Assembly (NCBI RefSeq): GCF_006345805.1
Contig: NW_021829497.1
Span: 1-6,053, forward strand
Direction of reading: 5' to 3'
Length of the DNA stretch: 6,053 bases
Source: Octopus sinensis
Lineage: Eukaryota
Part shown: positions 1 through 6,053 of the stretch, in pieces
Layout: each line of letters opens with the position of its first letter
Numbering within the stretch: the stretch's first letter is position 1
Program-made: the position numbers and the translations under genes
The notes under the pieces: generated by a model
The model's database searches: none
What the model was told of the DNA's origin: nothing
What the model saw: only the letters and a program-made list of their open reading frames with translations

Positions 1-21
1 ATATATATATATATATATATA
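1..21. repeat. (AT)n microsatellite, truncated by window edge
   Basis: Ten perfect AT units from position 1. Confidence 0.95.
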
Positions 22-362
22 ATTATAATATAAATAAAAGTATAAGGAGAGGAAAATTGGAGGTGTAGACGATCTTTAATTCATAATCCATGTTGGTACA
101 GATCCAACCCCATTCAGGTTCATAAATGTAAGTACTGGGACCTTGGAATATGTAACACACTGCCAATCTTGAGAATTTAGGCTTATCAAAACCAGAAAGG
201 AGAAAACAAATTCGAAGTTTACAGATGCACTCCGTCAGAGAAACTGTAAAGATCTGTAAAATTTTCCCGAAGTTTCTCATTTAATTATATATAAGCATGC
301 CTATATATGCAACTATGTGCATGAGAATATATAACTAAAACAAAACATACAAATCTGTGCAA

Positions 363-398
363 ATGCATGCATATATGCATACATACATACATGCATAC
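363..398. repeat. Degenerate (ATGC/ATAC)n low-complexity tract
   Basis: ATGCATGCATATATGCATACATACATACATGCATAC read directly. Confidence 0.7.
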
Positions 399-419
399 GA
401 ACAAACAAAAATACCCTGT

Positions 420-513
420 TGCTGATGTTTAAATTTCAATGAAGGAGCTTTGGATCTAGGTTAGAAACTGGCTCTTTATTGGCAAGAAATCTTGTTATAA
501 AACTGAACAATAA
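420..513 (+). mobile_element. Possible 3' fragment of an interspersed repeat ending in the (CATA)n array
   Basis: AATGAAGGAGCTTTGGATCTAGGTTAGAAACTGGCTCTTT...GGCAAGAAATCTTG...AAAACTGAACAATAA runs directly into CATA repeats. It resembles a repeat end I recall from octopus DNA; recollection only, with no second copy in the window. Confidence 0.3.
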
Positions 514-753
514 CATATACATACATACATACATACATACATACATACATACATACATACATACATACATACGTACGTACATACATACGTACGTACGTAC
601 ATACATACATACATACCTGCATACATACATACATACATACATACATACATACATACATACATACATACATACATACATACGTACGTACATACATACATAC
701 GTACGTACGTACATACATACATACATACCTGCATACATACATACATACATACA

Positions 754-785
<32 letters not shown>

Positions 786-809
786 CATACATACATACAT
801 ACATACATA
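514..809. repeat. (CATA)n tetranucleotide microsatellite with CGTA and CCTG variant units
   Basis: About 296 bp of CATA units, interrupted by CGTA blocks (572-599, 680-711), CCTG (616-619, 728-731) and TA (518-519, 784-785). Confidence 0.98.
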
Positions 810-1314
810 TATTCGAGTGTGGTTTTATTTGTCTCTAAAAGATAGGCTGCTGTCTCTCGTGAACGAAAGCAAATTCTATATCTTGGTGTATATGAATATA
901 TAAGTTTTTTCTATGGTATGCGTCGTCTTCAGGCTTCTGCGTGTGAGATATTTATTATCAATTTAAGAATTTCTTAATCCGTGATGTGGAAAATTGAAAA
1001 CTACAATTCGTACCAGCAAAAATAAAAAGACCAAAAAAAAAAAACAGCAGATATATGTTGCTTTGTTATTTTATAACTCAAGTGATAATGTGTTATCTCT
1101 TCTTAAGCTAACGCCTGGATTAAGGATATTTCGATAAATTAAATATCTACCATTTCTACATTTCGTCTTTTAATTACTTTCCGTCTTTTGTTGTGGCACA
1201 CTTTATATATATATTTCTAATAGAATTATTTATTTTTGCAGTGTTTGTACTGTGAAGCTCGTTGTTTTATATACAGCACTCCGTCATTTTATTTACGTAT
1301 TTTTCTTCAATATA

Positions 1315-1385
1315 TTTTCTTGCTTTCTTTCCTTCAGCTCTCTCTTCACTCTCTCTCTCTCTGCTTCTTACTTGAACTCTTCCTC
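1315..1385. repeat. Polypyrimidine / (CT)n low-complexity tract
   Basis: TTTTCTTGCTTTCTTTCCTTCAGCTCTCTCTTCACTCTCTCTCTCTCTGCTTCTT; almost purine-free on the + strand. Confidence 0.75.
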
Positions 1386-1495
1386 GATTTTCACTTTATT
1401 CCTCGTTGTTTCAAATTCTTAAAAAAATAACTTTTATTTTAGTACATTGATAAATACTTACAAACATAGTAAAAAACATACCCAAGCGCAAAAAC

Positions 1496-1795
<300 letters not shown>

Positions 1796-1956
1796 ATGCT
1801 GGTGTGTTTACGTCCCCGCAACTTAGCGGTTCGGCAAAAGAGGCCAATATGATAAGTTCTAGGCATCCAAAGAATAAGTTCTGGTGTCGATTTTCTCGCC
1901 TAAAGGCGGTGCTCCAGCATGGCCACAGTCAAATTACTGAAACACGTAAAAGAGTA
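1796..1956 (+). mobile_element. 3' half of a tRNA-derived SINE (family 1), 5' half absent
   Basis: Aligns in-window to the 3' part of the neighbouring SINE: TTAGCGGTTCGGCAAAA vs CTAGAGGTTCAGCAAAA; GTCGATTTTCTCGCCTAAA (1886-1904) vs GTCGATTTTCTCCACTAAA (2594-2612); ACTGAAACACGTAAAAGA vs ATTGAAACAAGCAAAAGA. It matches my recollection of an abundant octopus SINE. Confidence 0.85.
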
Positions 1957-2268
1957 TGCATGACTGTGTGGTTAAGGAACTCGCTTGACAAACACAAGAG
2001 CGTGGGTTCAGTCCCAGTACGTGCCACTTTGGGTGTCTTGTATTATAGCCCCAGGTCGACCAATGCCTTGCGACCGAATTTAGACGGATTCTGTGTGGAA
2101 TCCTATGGTATATGTGCGTGTGTGTTGTAGTCTTTGTGTTTATGCTTGTTCTTCTTGAGAACAACTTGAGAAACTGGCAGTTTGCTTAAGTCCTTGCATC
2201 CTAGAGGTTCAGCAAAATGTTACGATAAAAGAAGTAACAGACTTGAAAATGCGTACTACAATCAATTT
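1957..2268 (+). mobile_element. Older, diverged family 1 SINE: 5' portion (tRNA head, CORE-like segment, TG-rich middle, start of 3' half)
   Basis: Pol III A-box-like TGACTGTGTGG (1961-1971) and B-box-like GGTTCAGTCCC (2005-2015). GCCACTTTGGG-TGTCTT resembles the start of the SINE CORE domain. 2180-2268 aligns to 1800-1893. Confidence 0.8.
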
Positions 2269-2586
2269 ATAAAAGAACGATAAACGTCGCCCTTTTCAAG
2301 CCTAGCCAGGCTCATGGGCCCGGTTTCCCGGTTTCTATGGCGTATGTGTTCCCTCTCAGCTGGACGGGACACCAGTCCATCGCAGCGTTACTCAAGAAAC
2401 AGGAAGAAAGAGTGAAAGTTATGGCGAAAGAGTACAACAGGGGTCGCCACCACCCCCTGTCGGAGCCTCGTAGAGTTTTTAAGTGTTTTCGCTCAATAAA
2501 CACACACAACGTCCGGTCTGGGAATCGAAACCACGATCCCCTGACCGCGACTCCGCTACCCTAACCACTGGGCCATTGCCCCACCA
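2269..2586 (-). mobile_element. Apparently full-length tRNA-derived SINE (family 2), ~318 bp, with 15-bp TSD
   Basis: Minus strand begins GGTGGGGCAATGGCCCAGTGGTTAGG, with A box TGGCCCAGTGG (2565-2575) and B-box-like GTTTCGATTCC (within 2520-2532). It ends in the T-rich tail TTTATCGTTCTTTTAT. Flanks are direct repeats TACTACAATCAATTT (2254-2268) and TACTACAGTCGATTT (2587-2601), 13/15 identical. Confidence 0.88.
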
Positions 2587-2686
2587 TACTACAGTCGATT
2601 TTCTCCACTAAAACCCTAGAAGACGATGACCCAACGATCTTTACTTGATTCAATGATTGAAACAAGCAAAAGAAAAAAGAAGAAAT
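2587..2686 (+). mobile_element. 3' end of the interrupted family 1 SINE
   Basis: Resumes at the second TSD copy, aligns to 1880-1956 and ends in the A-rich tail GAAACAAGCAAAAGAAAAAAGAAGAAA. Confidence 0.8.
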
Positions 2687-2740
2687 ATTGCATAAAAATC
2701 TAGCAAATAGTGGAAAAATTCAGACACACGTATAAAATGC

Positions 2741-2806
2741 ATTTATTTGTAATTTATTTGCAATTTTATTTGAAATTTATTTGCACTTTATTTGAAATTT
2801 ATTGAA
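2741..2806. repeat. 11-bp minisatellite, six units (consensus ATTTATTTGMA)
   Basis: ATTTATTTGTA / ATTTATTTGCA / ATTTTATTTGAA / ATTTATTTGCA / CTTTATTTGAA / ATTTATTGAA. Confidence 0.85.
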
Positions 2807-2981
2807 AATCGATTATCGATGAATACAATATCATTAACCCTTTGCTTGTTCAAAGCATTTTCATATGTTCGACTTAAACTTCCACGCTTGCTTTTAGGTT
2901 CAGGTTATTGGATGTTAATTTCGTTTAGTTGGTGAGTAATGTATTTTTCACACCTCAGATTATCAGCTATATATGATGCAC

Positions 2982-3017
2982 TATATATATATATATATAG
3001 TGTGTGTGTGTGCGTGT
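2982..3017. repeat. (TA)9-(TG)n compound microsatellite
   Basis: Read directly. Confidence 0.9.
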
Positions 3018-3203
3018 ACATATATTTACATTCATATATACGTACTTATGTATATGACGCCGCTGATTTTTCAATACAACTGTCAAAAAGACCTTGTGAA
3101 CAACCCTAAAAAGCAGCCTCCGAATCTTCAGCAGCCATTTTGAGTGGATTCCATCGCTTCATGCGGTCGCCTTAACTCCATTAGCTAGTTCTTTTTTGAC
3201 GAA

Positions 3204-3244
3204 CTAGATATATAAGGATAAGATCGATAAATACCGATCTTATC
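3204..3244 (-). mobile_element. Possible Helitron-type 3' terminus (hairpin plus CTAG|T)
   Basis: Perfect 10-bp stem GATAAGATCG/CGATCTTATC (3217-3226/3235-3244, 8-nt loop), followed on the minus strand by CTTATATAT-CTAG and then T. No matching 5' TC end identified. Confidence 0.3.
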
Positions 3245-3289
3245 AGGTGGCCAGCATGGGAATAAAACCTTCCAAATGTAATAATTATT

Positions 3290-3432
3290 TAAAATTATAA
3301 TTTAGGATATCTGAGAGTTAAATCCACGCTGAAAATAGCAGTCGAAACTTGACTCTAAATCCAATGTGGTTTTAGAGTCAAGTTTTGACTGCTATTTCCA
3401 GCGTGGAGATATCTCTTAGATACCCTAAATTA

Positions 3433-3440
<8 letters not shown>
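3290..3440. repeat. Long near-perfect inverted repeat (foldback / MITE-like palindrome)
   Basis: Positions pair symmetrically (i+j=6730) around a 3-nt loop at 3364-3366. Over 3296-3434, 60 of 68 positions are Watson-Crick complementary with no gaps. Confidence 0.95.
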
Positions 3441-3473
<33 letters not shown>

Positions 3474-3525
3474 CATTATTAAATCTCAGAACGAGATTAC
3501 TATATATACATATATATATATATAT
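3439..3525. repeat. (TA)17 plus a second interrupted (TA)n run
   Basis: Perfect TA run at 3439-3472; second run at 3501-3525 with one CA interruption. Confidence 0.95.
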
Positions 3526-4515
3526 GCTTTCTTTCTTGATATCAGTCCTAGGACAGCGGCCATACGGGACACCTCCGTATACACATATTTATGGTTCTTG
3601 ATTCATACGCTCATACGTTTCCAATAAAAAAGCCGGGGGAAGAACACGTTCTGTGATACACATATGATATTCAGGACTGGCAAAGTGTTAATCTTGGACG
3701 AATTTTTATCGGAACTTGGAATGGCACAGTCTAAACTTTAGAAAAAAATATAAATCCCTTAATCAAGCGATTTAACCACTTTGCTAAATTGGACGGTTTT
3801 ATTCGCCGGCTATGATAATAATTGATGAGCTTGTATTGATTTTAATTTTTCACAAAACGGATGATGGAAGATTACCTCTTTATTTACAGATATCGATAGC
3901 TTTCGATCAGGAGGGGGTTCAGTGAATAAACTACTATGGCGATACAAAAGAAAACCCAAAAGAAAAAAAAAAAAAAAACAGTGGTAAAATGTCTGGCTGA
4001 TTTCTGTAGGAGATTGATAAATGTTCAACTATTGAAAAGATGGGATTACTTAATTATACATTTCATATTTTAGCGCTGTATTGAATCAAGTTGTTGAAAG
4101 GAACATTTTAATGCACTCAAACATTTTTAGCGCTATGAACACTGGGAAGGCTACTATAGAGGCCTGGCACTGTGTGTAAGGTTTCTTCCTTACAGAGACA
4201 ATATATTGATTATAAAGTAATTTGTCATCTTTAAAAGTGGGTAATGTAATTTATTTACTTTTTTTGTTGTCTATCAATAGCACTGTCAGGCAAAGTATAG
4301 AACGGAAACAACACATTTTCAGATTTATATTTAGAATATACCTACATGAATATGTATGTAGGTTGCGTGTAGACGTTAGTTGTATTGCTCTCGCATTATA
4401 GTGCAAACTAAGATGCCGGTGTGCTGAGTCTTCGAACCTTTTACAAATTTCGTGTGTAGTAATTTCACTTTATATACGCCATCCACGTTCCGTACAAAAA
4501 ACAGCAACATAATAT

Positions 4516-4924
4516 AAACTGATTCCTTCTCGGAAAGTGAATCAATAGGAACGGTCATCCAAAGATAGAGTTCGAACACTACAGGTTTTCTATATAATTT
4601 AGAGCCAGCGTTGAAAGTTAAGAACGTTTAAATACAGGTAAACAGTGCGATCGAAGAAAGGTGATGGAGGTAAACGTATATTTCATGAGTTTCTGCTCGT
4701 TCTTGCTCCTTCTCAGGCGTGGTACCTTGTGGTATTTGTTCACGTTTTCCACCTTTTGAAATGTTTGTTGTTACACTAAATATCTGCACTACTTTTGCAG
4801 AGTTCACGCTCTTCGTGATCATTCGGATGAAGTCCCTAAAGTGAATATAACTTCATAATTCTTTCTGTCCAAAGGTGACCACAGCTCATTTCTTTCTGAC
4901 TAACCAGAAGAAAAAATTAAGCCA
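4516..4924. repeat. Tandem duplication, unit 1 (~409 bp)
   Basis: AAACTGATTC...AAGCCA; aligns end to end with 4925-5341, about 36 difference events by hand count (~90% identity). Confidence 0.97.
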
Positions 4925-5341
4925 AAACTGATTCATCTCGGAAAGTGAATCAATAGGAACAAGCATCCAAATATAGAGTCCGAACACTACAGATTTTCTA
5001 TATAATTTAGAGCCAGCGTTGAAAGTTAAGGACGTTTAATACACGTAAACAGTGCGATCGAAGATAGAAAAAAAAGGTGAGGGATGTATACGTATATTTC
5101 CTGAGTTCCTGCTCGTTCTTGCTCATTCTCAGGCGTGATACCTTGTGGTATTTGTTCATATTTTTCACCTTTTGGAAATTTTGCTGTTACACTAAATATC
5201 TGCGCTAATTTTGCAGAGTTCACGCTCTTCGCAATCATTCGGATGAAGTCCCTAAACTGAGTATAACTTCATAATTCTTTCTGTCCAATGATGACCACAG
5301 CTCATTTCTTTCTGACTAACCAGAAGAAAAATTGAAGCCAA
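4925..5341. repeat. Tandem duplication, unit 2 (~417 bp)
   Basis: Directly abuts unit 1; carries a 9-bp A-rich insertion near 5063-5071 and two 1-bp deletions relative to unit 1. Confidence 0.97.
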
Positions 5342-5394
5342 GGCGACACTCTTCTACACATCAGCTTATAACATTACCCGCATAATAAACAAAC

Positions 5395-5419
5395 AAATAA
5401 AATAAAATAAAATAAAATA
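5395..5419. repeat. (AAATA)5 pentanucleotide microsatellite
   Basis: Read directly. Confidence 0.9.
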
Positions 5420-5494
5420 AAAGTAGAAAACATTGAAATTGAAATTTTTATATTCTATGAAATATCGAAAAACAAAGCCAAACCCTTCTTAGTC

Positions 5495-5680
5495 ATTAAT
5501 AATCCTTTCTAATATAGGCAAAAGGCCTGAAATTTTGGAGGAGGGGACTAGTCGATTACATCGACCCCAGTGTTTCACTGGTACTTAATTTATCGAACCC
5601 GAAAGGATAAAAGGCAAAGTCGACCCCGGCAGTATTTGAACTCAGAACGTAAAGGCATGCGAACTATCGCTTAAGCATTA
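5495..5680 (-). mobile_element. tRNA-derived SINE (family 3), 5'-truncated, with 3' tail
   Basis: Minus strand: B-box-like GAGTTCAAAT (5634-5643), body GTCGACTTTGCCTTTTATCCTTTCGGGTTCGATAAATTAAGTACCAG, stem-loop GTCGAT-TAC-ATCGAC (5551-5565 on +), tail AGAAAGGATTATT. It aligns to 5684-5770 in-window and matches my recollection of a very abundant octopus SINE. Confidence 0.88.
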
Positions 5681-5683
5681 TAC

Positions 5684-5837
5684 CGACACCAGTACTCAAC
5701 TGATACTTATTTTATCGACCCCGAAAGGCTGAAAGGAAAAGTAGCGGGATTTAAGCTCAGAATGTAGAGGGACCTGAAATAAAAGCGGCAAGGTCTTTCT
5801 TTCGACAACCCTAAGAACTCTAACAGAACTCTTCACC
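5684..5837 (-). mobile_element. Second, more diverged family 3 SINE fragment (head and body, no tail)
   Basis: 5700-5742 matches 5578-5620 at 37/43 positions; degenerate B box GAGCTTAAATCC (5747-5758, minus). The extent beyond ~5780 is inferred from weak tRNA-head similarity. Confidence 0.75.
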
Positions 5838-5917
5838 ATTGAAGATAAGTTGAGATAATTGATAGCAACTCGATAACAAAAAAAAAAAAAAGAATCACAC
5901 AAACGTTCTTCGCCGGT

Positions 5918-6053
5918 GTCATCGTCGTCGTCTTTGTCTTCATCGCCGACCTCCTCCTCCTCCTCCTCCTCATCATCATCATCGTCATCATTATCATCAT
6001 CATCATCACCAAAACCTTCATCGTAAGCATCATCGTCATCATTATCATTATCA
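5918..6053. repeat. Compound trinucleotide microsatellite (GTC)n-(CTC)7-(ATC)n, truncated by window edge
   Basis: Read directly; interruptions keep the 3-nt phase. Confidence 0.92.

Noticed and set aside
23-280. 85-aa minus-strand ORF; on + a KCKYWDLG stretch faintly like the RT YKYLG motif, and a 26-nt AG...GTAAGT mini-exon (102-127)
   Set aside because: No recognisable domain; TTG start; the RT-like match needs a frameshift and has no flanking similarity; the acceptor has a poor pyrimidine tract.
436-838. Four overlapping ORFs of 101-122 aa (MYVC and IHTY repeats)
   Set aside because: They are translations of the (CATA)n microsatellite, which lacks stop codons in these frames.
2312-2564. 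65-aa and 75-aa ORFs on opposite strands
   Set aside because: Both lie wholly within the family 2 SINE.
2510-2585. tRNA gene
   Set aside because: A and B boxes are present, but no complete cloverleaf or paired acceptor stem is evident, and it continues into a SINE body with tail and TSD.
3329-3348. Hammerhead-like CTGAAAA-TAGCAGTC-GAAAC in the left arm of the foldback
   Set aside because: Core G8 is replaced by A, stem II cannot form properly, and the other arm reads CTGGAAA...AAAAC.
4340-4363. 8-bp hairpin ACCTACAT/ATGTAGGT
   Set aside because: One or two stems of this length are expected by chance in 6 kb of AT-rich DNA.
3810-4579. 72-aa and 67-aa minus-strand ORFs, and a possible acceptor TTTATTTACAG near 3889
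   Set aside because: Short, no recognisable motifs, one crosses an A16 run, and no convincing paired donor was found.
4801-4846. 40-nt exon-like unit (TTTTGCAG...GTGAAT; CTGAGT in unit 2)
   Set aside because: The donor is weak in unit 1 and lacks GT in unit 2, the length is not a multiple of 3, and there is no other support.
4628-5238. Paralogous 64-aa and 70-aa ORFs in the duplication units as a duplicated small gene
   Set aside because: By hand count about 15 codons change amino acid and only 3 change silently, and the stops differ; there is no sign of purifying selection.

Overview
AT-rich eukaryotic non-coding DNA (intron or intergenic) with no credible protein-coding gene, structural RNA gene or CRISPR array. 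It is a mosaic of microsatellites ((AT)n, (CATA)n, (CTAT)n, (CAT)n) and tRNA-derived SINEs. From memory, the SINE sequences and microsatellite load match octopus (coleoid cephalopod) genomes; this was not verified by a search. Most listed ORFs are artefacts of microsatellites or SINEs. The best-supported structures are: (1) a minus-strand SINE with a 15-bp target-site duplication nested in an older plus-strand SINE (1957-2686); (2) a ~140-150-bp near-perfect foldback inverted repeat (3290-3440), preceded by a hairpin plus CTAG motif resembling a Helitron 3' end; (3) a ~410-bp tandem duplication at ~90% identity (4516-5341); (4) two head-to-tail SINE fragments (5495-5837). I see no evidence for a new multi-gene system. 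The findings are repeat-architecture observations of modest to moderate interest.
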